From positions 113,922 through 177,921 of the forward strand of contig VMGJ01000001.1 of NCBI GenBank assembly GCA_007376485.1: 64,000 bases of DNA. Reading direction: 5' to 3'. Shown here piece by piece: positions 56,608-64,000 of this stretch. Made by a program: the position numbers and the translations under genes. A model generated the notes under the pieces. The model was given only the letters and a program-made list of their open reading frames with translations, was not told the origin of the DNA and made no database searches. Position 1 is the stretch's first letter. Each line of letters opens with the position of its first letter. This DNA is from Parcubacteria group bacterium Licking1014_17 (GTDB lineage Bacteria > Patescibacteriota > Minisyncoccia > 2-02-FULL-40-12 > IGHO2-01-FULL-4-A).

Positions 56608-57939
56608 TCACGCTGTACTCGCCCATTTGCCGGTCTGCCTAGTAAGCAATTCTTTGGCCAACTCCGGCTCGCCCATAATTTCTTTCACTATTTTTTCCAT
56701 CCGCATACTTTGCGAACCTTTAACCAAGATAATATCCCCTTCTTTCATGAGATTCTGAATCTTAATTTTCGCTTCTTCGGTGTCGTGGTAATAAAACACT
56801 TTTGCGGGACCTAAAATGCTTTCAGCCGCTTCGGCTGTGAATCGCGCCGCCTGACCGACTGCGATTACTATGTCGGCACACTCGCCGGCGCGGACGCCAA
56901 TCAGCCGATGAGCTTCGGTTTCGTATTTGCCCAATTCTTTCATATCGCCCAAAACGGCGATTTTCCGGACTTTCTTTTTCCCCAGACGCCGGGCGCTATT
57001 GCCGTATTCATTCAGAACATCCAGCGCCGCTATCGTGGCAATCGGCGAAGCGTTATAAGTATCGTCAATGAGAGTGGTTTCCTTGATGCCTTTCAGCAGT
57101 TTCATTCTGCCTTTTGGAAATTCAATCAAATCTAAGGCCTCCGAAATCTCAACCAGATTCAATCCCAGATGCGCGCCTACGACTACCGCTGTCAATACCC
57201 CATAAAGCTGGTGAGTGCCGAGGAAATTATGGATCCTAACCGGAATGAAATTTTCGCCTTGATGAATTTTAAAAGACAAGCCACCGATATCGCTCCGCGC
57301 GTCATTGGCGAAAAACGAAACTTCGGAAACCCGTACGTCTGCGCCGTCATAGAAACCGAACGTGCTCACGGGACACTTCGCGTATTTTTTCATATCCAGA
57401 ACCGTCTGGTCGTCATAGTTAAGCACCGCTAAGCCATTCACTGGCAGACACCTAATCAGCTCTGATTTTTCCATAATCACGGCTTCGGGACTAGCGTAAT
57501 ATTCAACATGAACCGGCACTTCGCCGACAGCGGTAATAACGCCTATCTGCGGTTTTACGACGTTAACCAGATAAGAAATATCACCCGGCCTATCCGCCCC
57601 GAGTTCCAGAACCAGCATTTTGGGAAAAGTGCCGCCAAGAATTCCGTAGGCTCTTAAAAGCGCCTTAAAAGCCGACCACAGAAAAATTATTTTCTTTAAA
57701 ATAGATTTGGGACCGTCCAGCGGTTTTACGCCCATTACTGTAAGTGGGACCCCGAATTCGTTATTATAATTTTCATCGTTCCTGACGGCGGTGAATTTAT
57801 GGCTTAAAACTCCGTATATCGCCTCCCGAGCCGTCGTCTTGCCGACGGACCCCGTAACGCCGATAATAATCGGCGTATGCCTTTGAATTAGTTTGACTGC
57901 TATGTGGCGCAAAAACCATTTTAAAACCTTTTTAATCAT
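56608..57939 (-). CDS. murF: UDP-N-acetylmuramoyl-tripeptide--D-alanyl-D-alanine ligase
   Basis: IGVTGSVGKTT P-loop and Mur ligase central and C-terminal domains. Located in the dcw cluster. Confidence 0.8.
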   Translation of the reverse strand: MIKKVLKWFLRHIAVKLIQRHTPIIIGVTGSVGKTTAREAIYGVLSHKFTAVRNDENYNNEFGVPLTVMGVKPLDGPKSILKKIIFLWSAFKALLRAYGILGGTFPKMLVLELGADRPGDISYLVNVVKPQIGVITAVGEVPVHVEYYASPEAVIMEKSELIRCLPVNGLAVLNYDDQTVLDMKKYAKCPVSTFGFYDGADVRVSEVSFFANDARSDIGGLSFKIHQGENFIPVRIHNFLGTHQLYGVLTAVVVGAHLGLNLVEISEALDLIEFPKGRMKLLKGIKETTLIDDTYNASPIATIAALDVLNEYGNSARRLGKKKVRKIAVLGDMKELGKYETEAHRLIGVRAGECADIVIAVGQAARFTAEAAESILGPAKVFYYHDTEEAKIKIQNLMKEGDIILVKGSQSMRMEKIVKEIMGEPELAKELLTRQTGKWASTA

Positions 57940-58134
57940 CCCGTACGAAACAAGAAACGCTTCAGTGTTGTCTGCGAATAACGTTTACTCTGTCTTATTA
58001 AATTGCTATACATATTTTTTATAACTATTTCTTTTTAAGCGTTTCCGTATAACATAACTAATTTATGAAAACACGGCACTTCTGTTCAAATACTTACGCT
58101 TTGTTAATCAGGCTTTAGCTGTTTCGTTCGGGAT
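57938..58134 (+). mobile_element. Family A element copy A4 (long form, 197 bp), exactly filling the ftsI-murF gap
   Basis: Termini ATCCCGTACGAAAC...GTTTCGTTCGGGAT. The left-flank minus-strand ATGA is the murF start. The right flank is TCATTA (minus strand TAATGA), where TAA is the ftsI stop codon. Confidence 0.6.
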
Positions 58135-58137
58135 TCA

Positions 58138-59940
58138 TTAAGACCTTGTCGGCGGAATGTTAAAATAATTTAACAAATAACGGGTAATATCGCCAAAAGT
58201 TGACGGCAGGGTGTTTGACGCGAATTTAGCGCCGACCGGCTTGTCAATCCTTAAAAGAATCGAAAATCTGGGTGCGTATGCCGGCGCGAATCCGACGAAG
58301 TCGTGTATGAACTCATCATTGCCCAAATATCCCCCCTCCGGGTCGGGAATCTGGGCGGTACCGGTTTTCCCCGCGACATCGTAACCGTCCACTTTAGCCT
58401 TATCAAAACCTTTGTCAACCACATCAACCAGCATTGATTTCATCAAAGCCGAAGTTTTTTCTTTTATCGCCATATTTAATATCTTCGGGTTAATTTTGTC
58501 GTGCGTTCCGTCCGGGCGGACTATTTCTTTGACCACGTGCGGCCACATTATTTTTCCGCCGTTGGCTATCGCCGAATAAGCCGTTATTAATTGTATCGGG
58601 GTAACGGCAATGCCCTGCCCGAAAGAAGCCGTGGCAAAATTCACTTTTCTTCCGGAATAAAGATTAGCGATACTGCCCGATATTTCGCCGGCAAGATCCA
58701 CGCCTGTTTTCTGACCGAAACCGAAGTTTACCACGTAGTTCAGAAAATTATCGTCACCCGTCCTTTTCTGGGCAAATATTGCCCCCGTGTTCAGCGAAAA
58801 TTCCAACACCTGTCTCATTGTTTGAACACCATGCGCCTTTTCATCGTAGTTTTGGATGGTAAAATCGTCAAACTTTACCTGCCCGGGGTCCCTATATGTG
58901 GTTTCGGGTGTTACTGCGCCGGTATCCAGCGCCGCCGCCATGGTTATGCTCTTAAAAGAAGAACCGGGTTCAAAGTATTCCTGGATGTTTGGATTAATAT
59001 AATTATCCATTTTAAAATCATTGTAATTGTTGGAGTCGTAGCCCGGTGAAGCAACCATCGCCAAAATTTCACCGGTGTTCGGGTCCTGAACGATAGCCAT
59101 GCCTTTTTCCGGAGTCCAGCGCTTCATTAGCTCATTCAGTTTGGTACTCACATATGATTGAATATTGGGGTCAATAGCCAGAACTAAATCAACTCCTTTA
59201 TACCCCGCGCTGCCGTCAGCGCTGTTTTCGCTGTTTTTGTCAGTGTTATTCGCGGTTTTATCCCCATTCAGCTTCAAGAAATTATAAATTTTCGAATAGG
59301 TCTCGTTGCCCAAAATTTCCTGTGTTTTAAGTTTCCCGCTCAAAAAATCTTCATAATAGCCCTCAACTCCGTATTGACCGATTCTTTCTTCGCCTTTAAA
59401 CCCCACAAATCCCGATACCGACGAAATCTCCGGGCTGAATTGGTATTGTCTGCTTATTTCCGAAGCCGACGATATCCCGTCAACCTTAAGTTTTGTTATT
59501 TTATCCGCCTGCTCTTTGGTTATATTGTGAGCCAGAACCTGGTAGCTTTTACCTGCTTCATTCAGTTTGGTTTTCAGTTCTTCAACCGGAATATTCACGA
59601 TTTCCGAAACTTTCACGGCCGCGTCGTCGGGCGATTCGATTTTATAATTATTGCCGAAAACGAAATACGAGTTTTTATTGGCGGCTGCCAAAACATTATT
59701 TCCGGTTGATAAATCGGATAAATAAATCCCGCCCCTGCCCGCCAGCAAAGCGGAAGGGTTGTTGTATTGGCTTTTCGCTTCCTGAACAAAGTACGAATGT
59801 TGGAAAAACATCACCGAAATCAATCTATAAAATATAACAGCCGAGCCAAACAGAACAAAAAAAGCGCAAACATAAAGTCTCGCGCCCGATAAGCCCCGGT
59901 TATGATTTAATGCCCCGTTTGCTCTTAATGGCACGGCCAT
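58138..59940 (-). CDS. ftsI: Penicillin-binding protein 2/3-type peptidoglycan D,D-transpeptidase (FtsI-like)
   Basis: An N-terminal TM helix. SSFKS (SxxK), SxN and KTGTAQ motifs of the transpeptidase domain. Confidence 0.8.
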   Translation of the reverse strand: MAVPLRANGALNHNRGLSGARLYVCAFFVLFGSAVIFYRLISVMFFQHSYFVQEAKSQYNNPSALLAGRGGIYLSDLSTGNNVLAAANKNSYFVFGNNYKIESPDDAAVKVSEIVNIPVEELKTKLNEAGKSYQVLAHNITKEQADKITKLKVDGISSASEISRQYQFSPEISSVSGFVGFKGEERIGQYGVEGYYEDFLSGKLKTQEILGNETYSKIYNFLKLNGDKTANNTDKNSENSADGSAGYKGVDLVLAIDPNIQSYVSTKLNELMKRWTPEKGMAIVQDPNTGEILAMVASPGYDSNNYNDFKMDNYINPNIQEYFEPGSSFKSITMAAALDTGAVTPETTYRDPGQVKFDDFTIQNYDEKAHGVQTMRQVLEFSLNTGAIFAQKRTGDDNFLNYVVNFGFGQKTGVDLAGEISGSIANLYSGRKVNFATASFGQGIAVTPIQLITAYSAIANGGKIMWPHVVKEIVRPDGTHDKINPKILNMAIKEKTSALMKSMLVDVVDKGFDKAKVDGYDVAGKTGTAQIPDPEGGYLGNDEFIHDFVGFAPAYAPRFSILLRIDKPVGAKFASNTLPSTFGDITRYLLNYFNIPPTRS

Positions 59941-59950
59941 TTATGATATT

Positions 59951-60310
59951 TCAATTATTTAAAGAATCACTGTACGCGAAACCGTTCCGGTCGTAAAGCG
60001 TTTCGATAACTTTTGCCTCCACCATGCCTGCGCGCCGGGCATAATCGGCAATTTCACTGGTGTTATACGAATCCAGATTGCTTTTTATCAGCCCAAGCTG
60101 TCCCACTTTGTTCTTTTTAACGGAAGCGACATATTCCTGCGCCACTACATTATTGGAAAGGAACGCGTAACCGGCTATCGAAACCAAAACTATGGCTATG
60201 AGAAAAATATTAACCAGTTCAATAAATGTTCTTTTCTTCCGACCGGCGGAATATTCAAACAAGTTCCTTTGCATGGCGATGACATTAATTTTTGATTTTG
60301 CCGTTCTCAT
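59951..60310 (-). CDS. ftsL: Cell division protein FtsL-like (single-pass membrane)
   Basis: A small bitopic protein between rsmH and ftsI in the conserved dcw order. Confidence 0.5.
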   Translation of the reverse strand: MRTAKSKINVIAMQRNLFEYSAGRKKRTFIELVNIFLIAIVLVSIAGYAFLSNNVVAQEYVASVKKNKVGQLGLIKSNLDSYNTSEIADYARRAGMVEAKVIETLYDRNGFAYSDSLNN

Positions 60311-61212
60311 ATCATTTTTTTTATTATTCTTAATTTGGCGCTGCGGGCGCGGGGGTTTGATTCATTTTCCCCGGCGCCGGCGATTATCGGTTTTTTGTTT
60401 ATAAATTCTCCGGTTTCGTTTTTTATCTGCTCTCTTCCGAACAATTTCACGATTCTGTCTTCCAGCGAGTGGAAAGAAATCACCGCCAGCATGCCGCCGC
60501 GCTTCAGGATGTTGAACGCCGCCGGCAGTCCGTGTTTCAGATTATCAAGCTCGCCGTTGACTTCTATTCTCAACGCCTGGAATGTCCGGGTGGCAAAATG
60601 TATTTTCCCGTGCTTGTACCATCCGGGCACGGCGCTCCCGATAATTTCAATCAGCTCGCCGGTTGTTTCAATCCTCTTTTTCTCCCGTGCCTGAACAATT
60701 GCTCTCGCGATTTTTCTTGAAAGTCTTTCCTCGCCGTACTCGTAAATAATGTCGGCGAGTTTGTTTTCCGGATACCGGTTCACGATTGCCGCGGCTGTTT
60801 TGGATTCGCCGACGATATTCATTCTTTGGTAGCGCATATCGAGCGGTTCGTCTCTTGTGAAACTGAATCCTCTTTGCGACTCATCCAAATGCCAGCTGGA
60901 CATCCCGAGGTCAAGCAGGACGGCGTCGGCTTCGTGAATTCCGTTCTCGGTGGCGATATTCACGATATCGGCATAGTTTCCGTTCGCTAAAATCAGCGAG
61001 CCGGAAAAAGAGGAAGATTTATATTTTTCTCTGGCTTGTTCCAATAATTCCCCGTCTAAATCTATTCCCAGAAGCACTCCGTCGGGCTGAATTTTCTCCA
61101 GCAACGCCTGGGCATGCCCTCCTCCGCCAAATGTTCCGTCAACGACGACCTGCCCCTGTTTCAGATCCAGTTTTTCAATTACTTCATTTAAAAGAACCGG
61201 CTCGTGAATCAT
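60307..61212 (-). CDS. rsmH: 16S rRNA (cytosine1402-N4)-methyltransferase RsmH (MraW)
   Basis: MIHEPVLLNEV...DGTFGGGGH SAM-binding N-terminus. Confidence 0.85.
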   Translation of the reverse strand: MIHEPVLLNEVIEKLDLKQGQVVVDGTFGGGGHAQALLEKIQPDGVLLGIDLDGELLEQAREKYKSSSFSGSLILANGNYADIVNIATENGIHEADAVLLDLGMSSWHLDESQRGFSFTRDEPLDMRYQRMNIVGESKTAAAIVNRYPENKLADIIYEYGEERLSRKIARAIVQAREKKRIETTGELIEIIGSAVPGWYKHGKIHFATRTFQALRIEVNGELDNLKHGLPAAFNILKRGGMLAVISFHSLEDRIVKLFGREQIKNETGEFINKKPIIAGAGENESNPRARSAKLRIIKKMI

Positions 61213-61643
61213 ATTACTCCCAGTTCGCCGAGTTTTTCGGCAATGCTGTCGCCTTTCTTTTCAATTTCGGATTTATAGGCTTGCCACTTCTCTTCGTCCC
61301 AAATTTCCAAGCGATTAAACAAGCCCGCTATTACGGCGTTCTTTTTCAGCCCCGCGTAGTCTCTTAAATAATCAGGTATAAGAATCCTACCCAGCTGGTC
61401 CATTTCAACTTCCACGGCGCCGGATAGCAGAAGGCGCACAAAGCTTCTCGTGTCCTGCTGTCCCAATGGCAGTGTTCCCAGTTTTGACGCCAGCTTTTCC
61501 CATTCATTTAAAGTAAACAAAAAGAGGCAATTATCCAGACCTCTTGTTAAAACCGCTTTCTCCCCCACTTCTCTGCGCAATTTTGAAGGCACAGAAAGCC
61601 TTTTTTTAGCGTCAATCGTGTGTTTGTATTCTCCGATTAGCAT
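61209..61643 (-). CDS. mraZ: Transcriptional regulator MraZ
   Basis: A duplicated SpoVT/AbrB-like halves pattern (IDAKKRLSVPSKLR, then LGRILIPDYLR). Confidence 0.8.
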   Translation of the reverse strand: MLIGEYKHTIDAKKRLSVPSKLRREVGEKAVLTRGLDNCLFLFTLNEWEKLASKLGTLPLGQQDTRSFVRLLLSGAVEVEMDQLGRILIPDYLRDYAGLKKNAVIAGLFNRLEIWDEEKWQAYKSEIEKKGDSIAEKLGELGVI

Positions 61644-61816
61644 TTTATTCTCAAAAAGTTATCCACAATTTCTATTAGTTATTAACACTTCTATCCACTT
61701 CATTACACTATGGATACATTATATACCACTAAGATATCCACATACAACACTTTAAAAGGCCGACTATCTACAAAAATGCCCTGCCACAAGTTGAGTTGTG
61801 ACAGGGCATCGAAATA

Positions 61817-62257
61817 TCATGCCGTGGTATCTACTTCTTCGGTCGGCAGTTCTTCCGGTTCTACCACCGACGGGACTCCAGAAAGAGCCGCGGTGACTTG
61901 TTCGGCTGTTGCGCAGACATAAACTTTTCTTTCAAAATCCCGCCCATTCCCGATGCAATCCCCGCTGGATATATAAACGACAGAGGGAGATTTGAACCGA
62001 AAGTCTGCATGGAGATCATTGATAAACGACGTCGAACTGCGACGGTCGCTTCCGACCACCAGTTCTGGCTCCTCGCCCGCATACAATGAACCGGCGCTGT
62101 AGCCGCCACTACCGAAGTGCTGACCACCACAGACGTGGATAGTCTTTACTTCGCCTTCGTTGACTTGGACCATTTCCACTTGTGTACCCAAAGGGGTACG
62201 ACCACGAGAAATGGCTTCCAACCAAGAATTGATCGAACCCTTGCTTTTGCTAATCAT
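61817..62257 (-). CDS. Hypothetical protein (146 aa), markedly GC-richer than surroundings
   Basis: Good RBS (AAGGAG). Codon usage is GC3-rich (GTG, GCC, GGC), unlike the flanking mraZ and tRNA region. It has an acidic C-terminal tail. No family recognised. Confidence 0.5.
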   Translation of the reverse strand: MISKSKGSINSWLEAISRGRTPLGTQVEMVQVNEGEVKTIHVCGGQHFGSGGYSAGSLYAGEEPELVVGSDRRSSTSFINDLHADFRFKSPSVVYISSGDCIGNGRDFERKVYVCATAEQVTAALSGVPSVVEPEELPTEEVDTTA

Positions 62258-62475
62258 GACATTCTCCTTGATTCTCTCGTTTCCCTGCGGGATAGGCCGC
62301 TGAGCAGAAGCAAAACATAATATTTTATAAAAGAACTTTCCCGCTTAAATTCCGTTCTTACGCTTTCATTATAACATACTTGTAATATGTTCGTCAAGCA
62401 CTTAAAACCCCCATTTTAAGCCACTTTTTAGGGGTTCAAATTCATAAAATAACAATTCCCTGCCAGAGTTGTATC

Positions 62476-62550
62476 TGGTGAGCACAGAAGGGATCGGACC
62501 TTCGGCCTCTTCGATGTGAACGAAGCGCTCTACCACTGAGCTATGTGCCC
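62476..62550 (-). tRNA. tRNA-Val (anticodon CAC), CCA encoded
   Basis: The reverse complement GGGCACATAGCTCAGTGGTAGAGCGCTTCGTTCACATCGAAGAGGCCGAAGGTCCGATCCCTTCTGTGCTCACCA folds as a cloverleaf with all four stems paired and anticodon loop TTCACAT. A TATAAT -10 lies 7 nt upstream (plus-strand 62557-62562). Confidence 0.8.
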
Positions 62551-62669
62551 CTTATTATTATACGCCCAATAAGCAATTTTGAAATCACTTTGTGGTCGGT
62601 GAGTATTACTTTTCGGCGCTGTTCAGAGTTGTGGATTGCATGGCTGGCTTGAAGTATAATATCTCCACG

Positions 62670-63104
62670 TTAAATGCCGAGCCTATTTATGAGTTTCTCG
62701 TGGGGACCTTCCAGAAGCACGCGGACAAACCGGTCAAACATTCCTAGCCGGTAACGGAATTCGTCCTTGTCCATCACGGCAAAAGTCAGTTCTTTCCCCA
62801 CTTCGGCTTCCAGCGCCTTCAGAAAATTATTCAGCTTCCTTTTGTCTATGTCATCCCCCACTATAAGCAAGTCAGTGCTCAATGAGTTGTGGGTTTCTTT
62901 TTTCATAAAGATGCCGGAAATTACAGCCAGTCTAATCCGTCCCAGCCCGTTAATTTTCTCAATCATGTTCTTTTTCTCCGCCGGGGAAGATTTCAAAATC
63001 AAATCCCGCAATTCATCATAATGCTCAAACTCCGGATTGAGAACATAACAATCCTTCCCGGCGCGCACCCCCGGGTTGTTCTTTTTTGCCGCGCGTCCTG
63101 CCAT
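62670..63104 (-). CDS. Hypothetical protein, possible degenerate minimal-nucleotidyltransferase fold (the ORF may extend to 63161 with a Lys-rich N-terminus)
   Basis: ISGIF...STDLLIVGDDID resembles the GS...DhD core of pol-beta-type NTases. Start ambiguity: the ATG at 63161 overlaps the upstream ORF by 38 nt inside an A-run, while the internal ATG at 63104 does not. Confidence 0.35.
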   Translation of the reverse strand: MAGRAAKKNNPGVRAGKDCYVLNPEFEHYDELRDLILKSSPAEKKNMIEKINGLGRIRLAVISGIFMKKETHNSLSTDLLIVGDDIDKRKLNNFLKALEAEVGKELTFAVMDKDEFRYRLGMFDRFVRVLLEGPHEKLINRLGI

Positions 63105-63123
63105 TTTATTTCTCTTGGCTTTT

Positions 63124-63375
63124 CTACTCCTTCGTGTTTTCTTTTTTCTTTTTTTCGGCATTTTGGCTTAAAATTACTTTAGATCTTTTAGCGATTCTTA
63201 AAAGCCTGATTTCTTTCATTACTTTCAATTCTTTGCGGACAAGATTGATATCTTCCTGCGTGTGGTTTGCCGCGTCAAGGTCTGAAAAATATACGTCCGG
63301 ATTTCTGAAAAAAAACTTCAAAAGCTTGAAGCGCAAACCGGAACCAAACAAGATATCCAATGCGTGCTTTGACAT
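63124..63375 (-). CDS. Hypothetical small protein, winged-helix-like N-terminus (83 aa)
   Basis: The pattern LDILFGSGLRFKLLKFFFRNPDVYFS..DL...V.KELKVMKEIRLL is wHTH-like. It ends in an A7/A6 homopolymer tract shared with the next ORF. Confidence 0.35.
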   Translation of the reverse strand: MSKHALDILFGSGLRFKLLKFFFRNPDVYFSDLDAANHTQEDINLVRKELKVMKEIRLLRIAKRSKVILSQNAEKKKKENTKE

Positions 63376-63477
63376 TTGCCGTGTGGATAGTAAAATTACA
63401 TTAAATGGTTTAACCCGCCCTCGCTATTAGTAAAAACTAATACGCAGGGTCTTACATGTCAATATTTGACATAATAT

Positions 63478-64000
63478 GGAAAAAATAACATTGAAGCCGG
63501 TTGCGAAAGAATTACTTTTCGAAAATGGAGCGCCCAACGCCCACTATGACGTTTTGGTTTACGACGGCAACGGCTCGCAGGAGAAGAACCTGGGTTCTTT
63601 ATATACCATTTCCTATCTTAAACACGGTGATGAAGATCTCGGATATATTATGAGCCTTATTTCCTCGGTGGCTAAGCGCGAATACTATTCCAAACAATCA
63701 TTGATAGAACAAAATCCAAAGCAGGCATTTGAAAACACGCTGCGGAAGCTAAACGAGATTCTCGACGATTTTTATGAAAATAGGGATTTTGAATTGGACC
63801 TGGGATTGCTGGCTATTTCCGGCGGTTCTATTTTTATATCGCATCTCGGGAAATTCAAGATAGCACTGGCTCGCCAAGACGAATACATAGACATTTTGAA
63901 CAGCGTGGCTCTGTTTGATAAATCGAGTGAAGACGCCAGGAAATTTTCCAACGTGATGTCCGGCAAATTGGTGTCCGGAGATAAATTAGTTGCTTACCAT
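63478..64000 (+). CDS. Hypothetical protein, 5' partial at window end; weak PP2C-like phosphatase resemblance
   Basis: The ATG at 63478 is open to the window end. VLVYDGNG and LAISGGSIFISHLG loosely resemble the PP2C motifs DGMGG and GDSR but are degenerate. Confidence 0.3.

Noticed and set aside
62670-63375. Calling 62670-63161 plus 63124-63375 a single frameshifted pseudogene
   Set aside because: This is possible, since they share a homopolymer A-run. However, an internal ATG at 63104 gives a non-overlapping two-gene solution. Without read data the frameshift cannot be established, so both ORFs are reported with a caveat.
1-64000. Looked for CRISPR arrays (regularly spaced 25-40-bp direct repeats with unique spacers)
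   Set aside because: None are present. The repeats found are dispersed single copies of 100-200 bp, not tandem repeat-spacer arrays.

Overview
This 64-kb window looks like a small, gene-dense, AT-leaning bacterial chromosome region. Truncated AlaRS and RpoA, a PriA with a degenerate P-loop, PT-linker surface proteins and an LPXTG sorting signal suggest a Candidate-Phyla-Radiation/Patescibacteria-like organism with a Gram-positive-type envelope; this is inference only. The coding content is mostly housekeeping: the ribosomal alpha-operon block (infA-rpmJ-rpsM-rpsK-rpsD-rpoA-rplQ-rplM-rpsI), alaS, gltX, cysS, murA-mreB, a cell-wall glycopolymer cluster (five glycosyltransferases, an O-antigen-ligase-like protein, an LCP protein, S41 peptidase), priA, def/fmt, a metal ABC transporter, efp, the hrcA-grpE-dnaK-dnaJ heat-shock operon with an upstream CIRCE operator, dnaB-recR, the dcw genes (mraZ-rsmH-ftsL-ftsI-murF), and two tRNAs (Glu-CUC, Val-CAC). 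The most striking unexplained signal is non-coding. At least four families of short structured intergenic repeats are present: A (four copies), B (six copies), C (three copies) and D (two copies). B and D show compensatory base-pair changes in their hairpins. Every A copy is bounded by ATGA tetramers, one of which is the start codon of a real gene (rpmJ, gltX, murF, and a PEGA-domain membrane-protein gene). Other leads are a consensus-promoter-driven 42-aa Trp-rich peptide gene antisense to the r-protein operon, a lone PD-(D/E)XK nuclease flanked by hairpins and repeats, an orphan radical-SAM gene, several composition-atypical genes next to tRNAs or repeats, and a def-fmt pair split by two small divergent genes with a perfect 23-bp palindrome. 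No CRISPR array, IS transposase or prophage block was seen.
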